Shown here one piece after another: positions 41,356 through 55,800 of a stretch of 64,000 nucleotides of DNA. This stretch comes from Octopus vulgaris. Its lineage: Eukaryota. A program made the translations under genes and the position numbers. The DNA lies in NCBI GenBank assembly GCA_951406725.2, contig OX597814.1:121520001-121584000 (forward strand), written 5' to 3'. Every line of letters starts with the position of its first letter. The stretch's first letter is position 1. Below the pieces are notes generated by a model. The model was not told where the DNA came from. It did no database searches and saw only the letters and a list, made by a program, of their open reading frames with translations.

Positions 41356-41816
41356 GGAGGCGAAATGGCCCACTGGTTACTGCAGCGGAATCGCGGTCGT
41401 AGGATCGCGGTTTCGATTCTCAAGCCGAGCATTGTGAGTGTTTATTGAGCAAAAACATCTAAAGCTCCACGAGGCTCCGGCAGGTGGGGGGTGAACCCGG
41501 CTGTACTCTTTCACCAAACCTTTCTCTCACTCTTTCCTCCTATTTCTGTTGTATCTGTATTTCAAAGGGCCAGCTAAATCTCCCCGAGAACTACGTTAAG
41601 TGTACAGGTGTCTGTGGAGTGCTCAGCCACTTGCACGTTAATAAATGTGCTGCGACGTATCGGCTTTTGCCTTTCCCTTGGATAACATCGGTGGCGTGGA
41701 GGGGGGAGACTGGTAAGCGTGGGCGTCTGCTGGTCTTCCGTAAACAACCCTGCCCAGTCATTGCCTCGGAGGGTAACTTTCTAGATGCAATCCCATGGTC
41801 ATTCATGACCGAAGGG
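41356..41816 (+). mobile_element. SINE with family C head and a different 3' module
   Basis: The head matches 27150 and 35700, and the tail is shared with 23630-23950. TSD-like ATTCCTTTT(T)CTGT on both sides. Confidence 0.85.
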
Positions 41817-43171
41817 AATCACAAAAACAATAATAATTCCTTTTCTGTATAAGACACTATTATTTGGTCACGGTAATATAATTGCCTGTTCAAAAACAGT
41901 TAACGTATCATAAACTGTAAAATAACTTTTAAAAGTTCAACTAGAAACGATCATGGAATATTTTGGCATAAAATAATGATCTGCTTGATAAATAATAATT
42001 TATATAACTAGTGAAGAGAACCTAAGAGTAAATTGCACATAATGTGTAATCTGAAAGTATTATTTCAAAACACAATTTATATCTTTAAAATATCAAATAC
42101 ATCACTAAGATGTAATTTATCAAATACGCATGTATGTAGCATACCAGATTCAACCATACAAAAATAACTATTATTATAATTATTATAATTATCATTGAGG
42201 ACGTTGTTGTCTGATAAATTTATTGTAAGTCTACTTTTGCATTTTATCATTGTAATGATAAAGAATATTAATAATCATGTTTACAAATGTTCTAACATTA
42301 CAGATTTATCTTAAAAAGTTCTAGTAATATGTGTGATCATATCGTAGCAATAATCAAACATGTATAAAACAAACGCTAACAGCGAATAAATGTTCTCGGC
42401 ATTATATCATATTGAAACAAATGTGTTCAGTCTAAAATTTGATATCATTTCGTATCATATTTATTTCGTTTTCCCCATTTACGTTTCTTCTAACATTTTA
42501 CGAATCAAATACAAATACTTATTTGGATAAGTCTAAGTTTAAAAGATGCTTATCACAAGATAAGAAATACGAAAATTATTAACGTCAATGTTGATTTTGT
42601 CATCAAGCATAGAAAAGTTATTCCATTCTGAATTAAATATAATTGAAAATATTATTTATTTCGTAATCGAAATAAGCCGCAGTTGTGTTTAGATTGAAAT
42701 ACCAATCGTTGACGTAACTGTAATGGCAACATTTTTATAAAATCAAATATGCAAAGATGTTTGAAAACCCATTTGTTTGTTTTTATTTCAGAAATTGAAA
42801 ACTTTACATTATTAATTCTAAAAGAAGGAAAATACTATTTGTATACTGGAATATATTTTCTTTCTATATTAAGTATGAAGCTTAGCATATTTCATAATTG
42901 CATTACCAGATCATTCTTCAAAGGCTTTCCTGAGAATACTTTCAGTCGAATTTTATTTCCAATAATGGAATTGATGGTAATAAAGAAGTTAATTGGATTA
43001 TCATATCAAGAATACTTCGATTTCAATTGTTCTGTAGAACACTACTAAATATAGTTTGGTAGGGAAAATATACAACTTATTTTTACAACAGATCCATTAC
43101 GGACTATTAAATTTTTGCTTGCAGTTAGAAACAATAGATATTTAAACGCTCGTCGAGAGAGGGCGAGAGAC

Positions 43172-43207
<36 letters not shown>

Positions 43208-46200
43208 TGACAGAGGTCGAGGGAGGGAATGAAAGAGAAAGAATCAAAGCGAACCATTTTTCTATAACTGAACGAGACAATTCGTTTCATTGGTGTAGAG
43301 AGTTGGAAACGGAAATCATTTTCCTATCATCTGACACTCGACTTGTGGTTCATTTTTTAGCTCTTCGTCAGATCTCACTATGGAGAACTGTGGTCAAAAT
43401 CTAACTTATTCATATTGTATCTAGACGTACATAATAGGATGTGAACTATTTTGGAAATGCTAAGGTGTGCTGAGGGACAGATCTGGAGAGAAGATTTAGC
43501 ATTCTAGTAATGTTTTGTGTACAGATATTTGTGTCACCAAATCCAAACTGACTCATTCTTAAATGTTGAAATTTATTATTTATAGTATTAAATATGTTCA
43601 TCTGCAAAGCAAAGTGCTATATTTTTTATTCACATTATATTTTATGAATTTAATATACGAAGGTTTGATGTGTATGTTAATCTATGCATGATCAGCATAA
43701 AATATAATAGATTCAATTTAAAATATTACTGTTAGATATCAGAAATATCAATGTGCCATAACTTCTTAAAAATAGGCTTTGACGATAACTTTCTACAGAC
43801 AATAAATGAACATGATTTTCCATAAATTCTATTTAATTTAATTGATTATCTTTCGCGTTATGGTAAACTGTATCGTAATGTTAATTCATCGGTAAAATTG
43901 TTATTCTTTATTCGAACCATTAAGGCCCATCCAAAATGTTTCAATGGCACATTTTTTCACTTAATTTTCTACGTAAGCGTCACACCATATATCCTGTGAA
44001 TCTATAAATGGGGTATGTTTTTTATACTTCAGTAGCAATAAGATGGACGGCAATATTTCACCAGGAATGAATGATACATAGTGATTATACTACAAGAGTA
44101 TCTTGACAAGAAGCATTGATTTTACAAAATATTGATTTACTATAACAAATTAAACACAACACAGGTGAACCTGAAATAAAATTCAAGTCTCTAATCTAAA
44201 ATGATTAAGGCTCAAAAAGATTAAGTCTGGTCATTACAGCTATGTTCTTGTTTGGATTAAGACAAGACTGTTTATATATTTTCTTTGTTAGCAGAAGAAC
44301 TATGCCGTATTTGACGCCTAATGAGTGACCACTTCAGGAAAATCTTTGACATGTTTTGTAAGAAGAGCATGACAAAATGTCTTCTCATTTGTTTAAAGTT
44401 GTACTGCAAAGGCCTCATAACTACCTTTCACAACATGAAATGTATTTTAAGTTTTATTGATATTTGTATTTACTTGCATAACTAGAATGATTTAGAGAAA
44501 AACAGTATAGGTAAAGCTAATGTTTCAACTCTACAGTTGAAGTCGAAATGCAACAGAAACATCTATGCCATCCCATACATACACCTTCTGTACATAAATC
44601 ATATCCTACTGTTATCAGGCATTATTTGCTGATTTATATTGCAGTGTTATACATGTGTCGTTTCATTTGAATTTGAGTTTCATTTCAGCATATCTTATTA
44701 GCCGTGTTTATGCAGCGAGAAATCGTTGTACGAATTGGGAAAAATGGGTCACTGGTGCAGCCATATTTTAAGAAGTTTATTTTGTTCCCGTGTCCTTCTT
44801 TTCACGGTGAAGGACTAGGTGTATGTAAATTTTACGACCTCTGATAGAAAATGCATTCGAATTTTAAGTAACATATTCAAGTAATTAATTCAATATTATT
44901 CAAATAATCCATATTGACAGCCATCTATTGGATTTTTGAATTGCACGTTATAATAGGTTATAATTGCGTTCGCGAGTGAAGATAAGGTGCGTAAATCGTA
45001 ACATTTAAATATAAGAGTTGTTTCCCTTTAATTATTAGAAAAATTTATAAATAATACATGCACACAATTAATAACAAAACGTTGCATATGGAGTACGCAG
45101 TGTTGCGAAGAAGAGGGACAACTGTTGGTTGAAGGGAAGAGCGAAAGAAAGTAAATGAGAAGAGGGAGTAAAAGCTATTCATTTCGGTTTTTGTTGTAAA
45201 TTCCAGTCTTCACTAATTACCTTTGAAATCGATGAATGATGTCTAAAAACTTTCTTGCACTATAGAGCCTTGAGGAATGAGACTTCTTTCTGCTGTATAT
45301 AAATCACATCTTATATTTCCGTTAGTTTATTATTTTCTTCTCTCAAAACTTTTACTCTTCAAACGTCATCTGTAAATTCACCTTTTTTTAAATAAATTTT
45401 TCATTCCTATTTAGTGATACCCGTTAGTATTTATGCATTGAGATGCATCTCAATATAATTTTAAATGTTTTTAAGCTGTGTGATCCTTTATATTATGAAT
45501 TCATCAGTAACTTAGTTCAAAGCAATTCTTATTTTAAAAGCTTAAAATATGTTTGATTAATAGATACCTGTTCATCATTTGTGAAATCAGAACCTTTGCG
45601 GAATGCTGAAATTAGCATTCCCTGTAAACGACATAGAACAGGCAGAACGTTAGCGCATCTCAGTATGCACTGTTTAGAGAGGGGGTTAGGACGAAATATT
45701 CTTGTCGTAGAATTCACTGCATTCTGAAGCTTTCTTCACTGCCTAAAGTCATATCAGAAAGCAAATTAAATATCCTTCTAATGTCAATAATTAATTAATT
45801 TCATATGTTCTGTATTAAATGTGTTGCAGTCTTTTTTATGAATTTGTGACTTAATTGGGAGTAACGATTAAAATTTATTGAGCCTGTAGGTATTGTAAGA
45901 GTTAAATCACGGCTGAAATTATTGTAAATGATTTAGAACAATTTTTATGTATCAAGATTTTCCATGGGGACATATTGGAACAAAGTCAGTTTTTTTTATC
46001 AGTCTCTAATGAAGGTCTATTTTCAATTGTTATACTCAATCTTTTCAAGGGGGCAAAAGTAATTTGGTTGTATTTAATTTCATCAGATTTTCTGCCATTT
46101 AGACCACTGAGGTTTTGCCTTTCGTCTGCGACTAGATGGTACATTCGCTTAAGAATCTTAAATTCAACGTCCTAGTACAGAACATAATAGGTTGCTAGTA

Positions 46201-46209
46201 TTCATAATG

Positions 46210-46345
46210 CTGAGGTGCGTGGCTCAGTGGTTTGAGTGTGGCAGTAATTCCGCGACAGATCAGCATCCCGTGCAGTGGAATGTACATATATAACCCGTAG
46301 AAACCGGTAAATTGGCCTTATGGTCCTAGAGCTCGGGAAAAACCT
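46210..46345 (+). mobile_element. Decayed SINE family C-like copy
   Basis: GTGGCTCAGTGG..CAGCATCCCGTGCAG..GAAACCGGTAAATTGGCCTTATG. Confidence 0.55.
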
Positions 46346-46559
46346 TCAGCCTTTTTAAATTTACGTAATATTGTAACAATACTTATATTAAACTATACTA
46401 CTAACGAATTGGCATAGGAGAGAAGACGAGGTGGGCGGTTATATGTATTACGAAGCAAAATTGTTATTATCTGTATGAATAATTAAAATTCTAAACACAG
46501 CCCAAAATTACAATTATAAAATTAATATTTAGAATCCAATAGACATATAATGTGGAAAA

Positions 46560-47850
46560 TAAATCACAACGACAAATTATGTTAGCTCATAGATATACCA
46601 ATCTCAGCAGACTGTAACACTTTAGTCAAAATGTATGGAAAGTTAAATTATAATTAGAACATCGAATTCGAGGTCCCAAAAGTAAGGCTTCAAAGAACAA
46701 GGGTTATACTTTTTATCATCGGAGCCTTTGGAATAATATGAAATGGGTGGTTTTTTCACCATCCTTAAACAAACCTTATTGAGAGCTAATATTGCCGGTG
46801 TTGAAAAAGCCCATCAATGGTTAGTATCTTCTGGCTTAAAATCAGAAACAGAAGGCTTTATCATAGCAGCCCAAGATCAATGTCTACCTACAAGGAGCAA
46901 TCAGGCCAACATGTTAAAGAACGGTAGTAGTCCAACACGTCATGTATGTAATCAAGATGGCCTAAACACATGCCTGAAAGACTCTGATGATTGGATGTTA
47001 AAACTTGCCTTAAAGCATGAAAAGAAGAAAGCATCACACTCAGTAACAAAATAGGCAAAGGAATATCTAAATGAATACCAAGTACAACATATCCCAAAAC
47101 TAGAGGTACTGGAAACAAGCGTACGAAAACCCTTGCTAAAACTGCTGCCTTAGATATTCTTATTGATAAAAAAAAATCACAATGGCAAATACGCAAAGAG
47201 AGCTAATGATGCCAATGCTGAAAAAGACTTTACCCAACAGTAGTTAGTGAGTGTTTTCTGGTTTAAATTCGGAAACAGAAGTGTTTAACATAGCAGCCGA
47301 ACGCTTCTGGAATATAACTACTCAAACTGACAGAAAGATAGATGTGAATAGGCCTGAAATTATTTTGAAAGAGTTCAGACGAAAATCATGCCTCCTCAAT
47401 GATATGACTGTCCCAATCGGCATAAATTCATTTGTGAAGACATACCAAAATCTAAGCAATATAAAGATCTTGAAATATAACTTAGCAAAATGTGGAACCC
47501 CAAAACTAAAACGTTACCTGTTGTCATAGGTGCTCTAGGAATGATAGCAAAAGGGACTGATTCCTACCTAGCTCAGATATCAGGAAACCCCAAATTGGCA
47601 GAAATTCAAAAGATAGTGCTCATGGGAACTGCCCATATCCTACGTAAAATACTGTCTATGTAATCTCAAAATTTAAAACAAATTTATAATTTTCTTACGT
47701 ACGCTTAAACATTCTCTAGAACAATCCCATTTGCAAGACCAAATATTTGACACCCTAGGCATAACAACTTGAACTTCTAACTTGTTACCTCTTGAGGTCT
47801 CTGGGTGAGACTTGGAGTCAACTTGTTCAAATACAAAGCAGAAATCAAAC

Positions 47851-47852
<2 letters not shown>
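46560..47852 (+). mobile_element. Rearranged R4/Dong-like 3' portion with UTR, ending in (AAT)n
   Basis: HQWLVSSGLKSETEGFIIAAQDQCLPTR (46743-47054); TDRKIDVNRPEII (47251-47529); VIGALGMI and IQKIVLMGTAHILRKILSM*. The tail is (AAT)n at 47854-47913. Confidence 0.9.
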
Positions 47853-47914
<62 letters not shown>

Positions 47915-47915
<1 letters not shown>

Positions 47916-48282
47916 TATTTTCTATTATAGATACAAGGCCTGAAATCTGTTAAAAGGGGGGTAACCACTTACATCGCTACAAGTGCACAACCCCAAAAAG
48001 ATGAAACGCAAGTTCGGCCTCAGCTCAATTTCAACACAGAACGCAAAGGAGGATAATATGTCACTTAAGCTTCTTTTAGGTTTTAAATTTTGGCACAAGG
48101 TCACCAATTTTAGGGGTGAGGTTACTTGATTACATTGACCCCAATATTCAACTGGTACTACTTTTATCGACAGAGACAAAATCGACCACGGTTGAATTAG
48201 AACTCGAAATGTAAAGACTGATGGAATGATGGAATGCTGCAAAATATTTGGTTCGGCGTGCTAACAATACTGTCAGCTCACC
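47915..48282 (-). mobile_element. Two tandem SINE family A copies
   Basis: Two reverse-complement matches. The tail runs into the (AAT)n shared with the upstream Dong copy. Confidence 0.75.
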
Positions 48283-48399
48283 AATAACGACCCCAATAAT
48301 AGTAGTAATAATGATAAGGAATTTTATTTTTATTGTTGTCGCTTTGATGCTTATTATTGTTATTGTTGTTGTTGTTATTATTGCCTTTGCACAGCTTCT

Positions 48400-49500
48400 A
48401 ACGCTGGAGATGTACTACAGTGTCAATTGTTCACTACCAGAGAACTAAGGTAATGCCTCTTATTTTTCGAGCACCTTCCGGAGTATTCGAGCGGTTCCAA
48501 GCAGTGGTGCTTTCTGCTAGTGCTCCGCCCCTATTGCAGCCCCTATTTGTTCCACATACTTCTCGAGATTTTTGTTCCCTGTTGGTACTACTGTCACCTT
48601 TTTCATCAATCACAACTGATTAACTTCCCAAGCTAACCTGTAATATCTCTCACCTTTTCTTTCTTCCTTATCACATACCTTGTTTTCAGCTGGGCATGCT
48701 ATATCTATGATCCAGCATAGTTTGTTTTCTTTCTCAATTAAAACTGTCCGGCTTCCTATTCTCTGTCTCATGGTCGCACTGAATCATAAAACCCCATAGG
48801 ATCTTTGCATTTCTATTTTCGACAATGCCTTCAGGTTTGTGGTGGTACCAATTTTTTGCTCTGTCAAGTCCATACTTGTTGCAAAGTGTCCAATGTACAA
48901 GCCTAACTATATTGTCGTAGTGTCTCTTATATTCCTTCTGGGCTAGTGGCGTACATTGGCTGGTAAAAAGCCATAGGGTTTCACCGTTTTGTCCACAGAT
49001 TCTGCGCTTATCACTTGCTGCTGTGTTGTCTATTCTGTATTTTATATAGTTTGTTCTTAGTGCTTGCCCTTGGGCAGCACAGATTAGAGCCTCCGTTTCC
49101 TGTTTGAAATTACTTTTAGTCATCCACAGCCATCTTTTGTCTCTGTCTGTCTTATCTTCAACATCCCTGTGAAATTGACTATGCATTCTTTTCTTTACCC
49201 ACCAATTTTCAGTTTCATTCCTTTTCAATTTCTTGTATAGTGCTTTATCTTTGCAATCTTTCATCCTACACAAGCCTGACCTAAGATTGATTATTGATGC
49301 AAACCCAAGTTCATATCTATGTCTGCTGAGTCTTGGTGTGTTTTGTGTCTGATCCGTGGTCTCATCGTTTTGGCAATACACAATGTTATTTTTCTGTGCG
49401 TTGTGCGCATTTGTAAGTCCTAGTTTTTGGTTATGCATTTGCCTGTATACTTTCTAAATATGCGTGAGGCATTTAGTATAGGGAATATTACAGTTTTTAG
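48400..49500 (-). mobile_element. R4/Dong-like 3' fragment joined to the 3' end of another copy
   Basis: ORF 48734-49438 contains KRMHSQF, ETEALICAAQGQALRTNYIK, CTPLAQKEYKRHYD and KILW..IQCDH..RKPD. Confidence 0.9.
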
Positions 49501-50267
49501 CACAAGTGGTTTATTAATATTTTCAGATATATATATTTAGAAAATTATTTCCTTTGTCTCAGAGATAAATTAACAGTACCTGGAAACTTAAATTCTTTCC
49601 CGTTGGTGCTTGCTAAAAAGACCTAGTGGATTAAACTTGGCCTTTTGACTGCTTGAACTAAAGTAACCTCATGTATGGTTTACGCTTCATTGTGCAATAT
49701 TGTGTCAGGTGTATGCATATACTAACTTCTAATTTATTTGGGACAATTAGCGTATAGATACTTAATTGCTGGGACGATTAGCCTAATGATACTTAATTAG
49801 CCTTTTATGATGTTAAACTAATGACTAGAATATTCCATCCTAATTTTTCATTTTTATGTTTAGTTCATTGATTCTTGAGTATTTCCTTGTCTGTATATGT
49901 TGTAATTCTTTTCCATTAGTTTTGGTATCAATTATACGAGTGTTTTATAATTTTCCTCCCTTTAATTTGAAAAGGTGCAATTTTAAAATCCAGATTGCAG
50001 AATTGCAATGAGAAATTCGTTTATTGTCTGTAACATTGTTTCAACTGGCTTACCATTTACAGCGTACAAAATGGACTTTGTATATTAAAAACTGTTTCTG
50101 TTCCATAGAAACGATTCTTCGTGAATTAATACTCGTTCAGCACACCAGTGAATGCAGTTGGCAGAAAACAGAAAAACAGTTCCCTTCCAACATTTCTCTT
50201 CTAACGGCTGTTAGTTAAGATGTCTTTGATAAAACTCGCTTTTCTATCGGTGTAATCAATTCCGGCC

Positions 50268-50780
<513 letters not shown>

Positions 50781-50799
50781 TATATCTGTTCAATATTTG

Positions 50800-51900
50800 G
50801 TAGATTGAGGCAAATATCTACTGAATTACCTGCTACACTTCCGTGTTGCTAAGGTATGTGTAGCATTGTGTCTTCTTTTCTGCTGTCGGGAGTGTGCGAA
50901 CTCTTACCGGTACTATATTGTGTTAGTTTTTTTCTTTTTTGTTGTTTGACGTGTGGTGCTATCTTTTGTCGTGTTACTGCTTGTGTTGTGTGTTGAGTGT
51001 GTAACGCTTTGGATTTCTGGATTGCCCGTGGGCGTTTATTTCATTGGGTAAGTGCTATGTACAGTGTGTCTTGTATTCGTGGATTGTTATATTTAGGTGT
51101 ATCATATGATTGATAGTGACTTGCGTAGGATGTTGGCTCTTCTTAGCAGGGCTATATCTTGGACAGCGTGTAGTGTTGAGGATCCAGGTATAGCTTCTAG
51201 GTTTTTGTTCGTATGATATTTTTATCATGCCCCATAGTCCAATTATTATTGGTATTGTTTTTACCTTCAAGCCCCACATTTTGAAAACTTCAATTTCGAG
51301 GGCTTTGTACATCGATAATTTCTCCACTTTTTTTTTTTGACAATATTTTGATCAGAAGGGACTGCAATGTATATCAGTAGGCAGGTGGTTTTCTCCAATC
51401 CTTGACTATTGTGCCTGGACGATTAGCTGTTATTTCTTTATCGGTTTGAACCGGAATATCCCAGGTCACTGTGGCCTAATCGTTGTTTTGTACCTAGCTT
51501 AGCACATGCTTATACCACTTGTTGTCAGTTTTGATGTTGTGATGTTGCCATATTGTTCAGTGGATATGACTGTTTACATAGTCGTGTCTGTATACATATC
51601 CAGACTTGGCAAGGACGGGGCAGCCCGAGATGATGTCGTCAACTGTCTCATTGTGCTGGTCTCATATTCTGCATTTGGTGTTTAAGCCTGTTCTCATTAT
51701 TTTGTTTTTATAATAGTTTATAGTCAGGCTTTGGTCTTCTGCAGCGAGACTCAATCATTCGGTTTCGGATTTTAGTCCAGAGCTTTTGAGCCATTGTTCG
51801 CTTTTACTGTGGCTCACATTCTCTCCGTCAAGCCTTGCAGGTTATTGGCTATGAAGTGATTTTCTCTCCATTTCTTCTTCAGTACTTTTGTAATTCAGTT
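50800..51900 (-). mobile_element. R4/Dong-like 3' fragment with UTR
   Basis: QWLKSSGLKSETE, CRI, DDIISGCPVLAK, RHD and EKLSMYKALEIEVFKMWGLK. It is bracketed by (ATT)n tracts. Confidence 0.9.
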
Positions 51901-51975
51901 TTCATTTTTTTTTTTTTTTGAAATTCTGGCCATTTCTGCTATGTTGCCATATCATTATCATCGTCATCATCATTT

Positions 51976-52007
<32 letters not shown>

Positions 52008-52087
52008 GTTGTTGTTGTTATTATTATTATTATTATTGTTACTACTACTACTACTACTACTACTACAACAACAACAACTTCTACTTC

Positions 52088-52129
<42 letters not shown>

Positions 52130-52149
52130 CATCATCATCATCATCATTA

Positions 52150-53990
52150 GTTCCCTAGATTATCTATGTCACATCTCAGCTCCTTCCTGCAGCTTAGAAA
52201 CACAACATTTTCCTCAATACGTGCTGTTCCGAATATTGCTGCTAACTTTCTATCAAGTTTCCTTTCCATAACGGAATATTGTTTTCTTTGAGATGCTATC
52301 ATGTGCACCACGCACGATACATATCACACTCATTCTCTTCACAACACTCTGGTCTGTAGGTATTGGTACGTCCATAAAGGTCCATTCTTTGGACTCTTTC
52401 TGTAGGAGAGTGACATTTGGTTTGTTATGTTGCAGCTTCTTAGCTGTGTAGATTGGCATATCCCCCATGTGTTTAATATATATTTCTTCATTGCCCACAG
52501 GGGGCTACATAGAGGGGAAAAGCAAAGGGATTAAGTCGATTACATCGACCCAGTACGTAACTGGTACTTATTTAATTGACCCCGAAAGGATGAAAGGCAA
52601 AGTCGACCTCGGCGGAATTTGAACTCTGAATGTAACGGCAGGCGAAATACAACTAAGCATTTCGCCGGGCGTGCTAACGATTCTGCCAGCCCGCCGCCCA
52701 AACATATTAAGCATGGATTTAATATAATCAATATTTGCTACTGGCAAATGTTGGTGCTCGTACCACTTGTTAATACACTCTAACCCATACTTCCTGCAGT
52801 GTATACGCAATGCCACTTTGCCATGGTGTTTTTTGCATGCCTTTTTGATCAGGTTTGAGCAAACACTAATTATAAATCTCTCACATGATATTTCACATAA
52901 TGTACACTGCTCTCTTATGAATAGAGTATTTCATTGCGTTGGTTCGTAAAGATATTTCATCAGCAGCAAGGATAAATCTAATTGCCTTGTCTCCTTTAAT
53001 AATTTATGCCTTAACCAGCTTCGTGATTCCCTATCGGATTCATCTGATGTTGAAGTTTGATAATTCCCACTGAAAGGTTTTCTCTTTCCAGTTAGTGATC
53101 GTTTCCATTAGTTCTCATTCTGGACTTCTGGTCGGCCTTGATCACGTTCCCACTCAGTGCGACCTGCAGCATTCTTTCATCCCCATCTCTAAGATAGGCA
53201 TACAAATACTTAATCTCCTTCCTAATACTATTTTTATTCCCATCAATCCTATTTCCCCTTCTTTCCTTGGTTAGTAAGGCCTCACTACGTTACTTCTAAT
53301 ATGAAAGCACCTATGCATAGACATTATCTTCCAGGTTTTTCTATCCACGTTGGCTAGTTCTCCATCTGCCCATTCCACAGTTCCAGCGCAGTAAGGTACT
53401 GCTTAAGTGTTGATGCTCCTAGTCAGACTCCCTCCATTCATCTTGGATCATCATGTTCATCATCTGGATAAATTGTAAAGTACTGACATACTTGTAAGCT
53501 TCTCTGTTCACTTCTTTTATACGCTCATTATTTGGAAACTCAAATCCATTGCTCTCTACATTTCACTTTCTCCTTAGTTCATGAAATGCGCATTTATCTT
53601 GACGAAATGCGAACATAAGAGGCGATTCGTACAGCAGGAACTTCATTGGTCTCACGATTTTGCATGTTGTCATCAGCTATTATGTTCTCCAATACAAGGA
53701 GCGGTGGCAACTTGCTAACAATACAGAGCAGGGGTAACATGAATTTTCCTTCACTTGCCCAATTTCTCTTTTCACGTACTATCAAAACTGTCTTCCAGTT
53801 GCTCATACTACTTCCAATTAAACATGTCATCTCCAGGCAACCTAGAATCCAAGAGATAGGAACATGTCATCTAGCTTTTTTCTAGTCAAACTAAGCCATT
53901 GAGAAGCTGGTCAAACTTCTCAGATAGTCACTCAAAATTGCTTTATCTATCAGTAATTGACCCTTTAACAATTTTGAGTAAGTCCCGACA
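52150..53990 (-). mobile_element. Decayed R4/Dong-like element (RT to endonuclease), interrupted by a SINE
   Basis: PLLCIVSKLPPL and HSWILGCLEM-like RT remnants; CRKYGLECINKWYEHQ; DMPIYT..HNKPNV..DVPIPTD. Confidence 0.8.
52485..52698 (-). mobile_element. SINE family A inserted in a Dong remnant
   Basis: GACCCCGAAAGGATGAAAGGCAAAGTCGACCTCGGCGGAATTTGAACTC..GCTAACGATTCTGCCAGC. Confidence 0.9.
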
Positions 53991-54049
53991 ACGTCGACAT
54001 TATTATAGAAGTACTTTTTATTATTAATGTTATTCAGTGAGAGAATAAT

Positions 54050-54950
54050 GCATACAATTATTATTCTTTAACTCAGGAGTTGTTGGGACTCCTGGCGTCT
54101 TGTATACATAGTGGGCTTTCTATCTGCAGCTTTCGTTTGTCTACATACTATTCTTTTCAACTAATACATTCTAGCCGGACCAAGGAGGCAAGCATTTAGT
54201 AACAGCTCTATTGAGTACACTATTCTGATTTCCTTTATATTTTTTCCTGATGGTTTCTGATACTGTTCCCAAGGACCTAAGAATAATTGGCAATATCGTG
54301 TCCTATATTTTGTATAGCCAGGCTAATTCGTACTGAAAAGGATAGTATGTGTATATTTTTTCGTCATCCTTCTAGACTATTCAAGTGACAAAGGGGTAAG
54401 CAACATCCATTATATAGCACATGTTGTTCACCTTGTCCACTACAACTATGTCCGGCTTGTTATGCTCTAGCACCTGATCTGTTTGAATTGGGACATCTCA
54501 CAGGATTTTGGAGGTCTCAAGCAATCTCTGCGGTTTATCCTCATACCACGTCTCTAGACTCCACTTTTTGCATAGTTTCCAATGTAGCACTTTCACTACC
54601 GCATAGTGTCGCCACAACTGATCATACTTCAAGAACCCTGCAGCGAACTCTTGAAATGAGAATTTTTGCAGATATTCTATTTTCATATTTGTACCAATAT
54701 TTTTTAATCATGTTGGTACTTGAGTGCTGATACTTCCAAGCGCGTCAGGTACTTCTGGTATCATGTTCACTCTCCTCATTGCCCACAATATGCATATTCT
54801 CCACTTCAAATTGTCATAGTTGTTCAGTTTTTCCTCTTGATTCTCGTTAATTTTGTTGTCACACGGACGTGCTGCGTCGATTATCATGCAATTTATTTTT
54901 CCTTTTTGTTCATCACAACAATATCAAGTTTCCTATGTTTAATCTGAAGG
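54050..54950 (-). mobile_element. R4/Dong-like 3' fragment(s)
   Basis: RHYAVVKVLHWKLCKKW..WYEDKP (54498-54686), followed by QTDQVLEHNKPDIVVVD and ILGPW/GT remnants. Confidence 0.85.
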
Positions 54951-55021
54951 TCATACTGAATCATTGATCGCACTTTGTGGTCTCACTGACTCATTGGTTC
55001 AATGTATTATTATTATTATTA

Positions 55022-55088
<67 letters not shown>

Positions 55089-55197
55089 CATCATCATTAT
55101 TATTATTGTTGTTGTTGTTATTAATATTATTATTATTATTATCATCATCATCATCATCATGATTATGATTATTATTATTATCATTATTATTATCATT

Positions 55198-55411
55198 GAG
55201 GTGGCCAGCTGGCAGAATTGTTAACATGTCGGGAAAGAATGCTTAAAGGTATTTCGTCTATTATCACGTTCTGAGTTCAAATGTATCCGGGGTTTACTTT
55301 GCCATTCATTCTTTCAGGGTCGATAAATTAAGTACCAGTCGGGTATTGGGGACGACGTAATTGACTTGTCCCCTCCATACAGATTTCAGGACTTGTACCT
55401 TTAGTAGAAAG

Positions 55412-55412
<1 letters not shown>
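55198..55412 (+). mobile_element. SINE family A with (ATT)n tail
   Basis: Head CAGCTGGCAGAATTGTTA, B-box-like GAGTTCAAAT, and end AGTAGAAAGC(ATT)n. Confidence 0.85.
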
Positions 55413-55486
<74 letters not shown>

Positions 55487-55490
55487 CATT

Positions 55491-55522
<32 letters not shown>

Positions 55523-55523
55523 A

Positions 55524-55727
55524 AGGTAGCGAGCCGGCAGAAACGTTAGCACACTGGGCGAAATAATTAGCGACATTTCGTCTGTCTTTACTTTCTGAGT
55601 TCAAATTCCGCCGAGGACGAATTTGCCTTTCATTCTTTCGAGGTCGATGAAATAAGTACTAGTGGAGGGCATGGATGGATGTAATCGATTATATATTCCC
55701 CCAAAATGTCAGGCCGTGTGCCTATAG

Positions 55728-55729
<2 letters not shown>
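55524..55729 (+). mobile_element. SINE family A with (ATT)n tail
   Basis: GCGAGCCGGCAGAAACGTTAGCAC..GAGTTCAAATTCCGCCGAGG..CCTATAGC(ATT)n. Confidence 0.88.

Positions 55730-55797
<68 letters not shown>
55729..55797. repeat. (ATT)n shared by a SINE tail and the Dong 3' junction
   Basis: Direct reading. Confidence 0.99.

Positions 55798-55800
<3 letters not shown>

Noticed and set aside
42749-43048. 99 aa ORF in the repeat-free island
   Set aside because: F/I/L/K-rich composition typical of random AT-rich DNA, with no recognisable domain.
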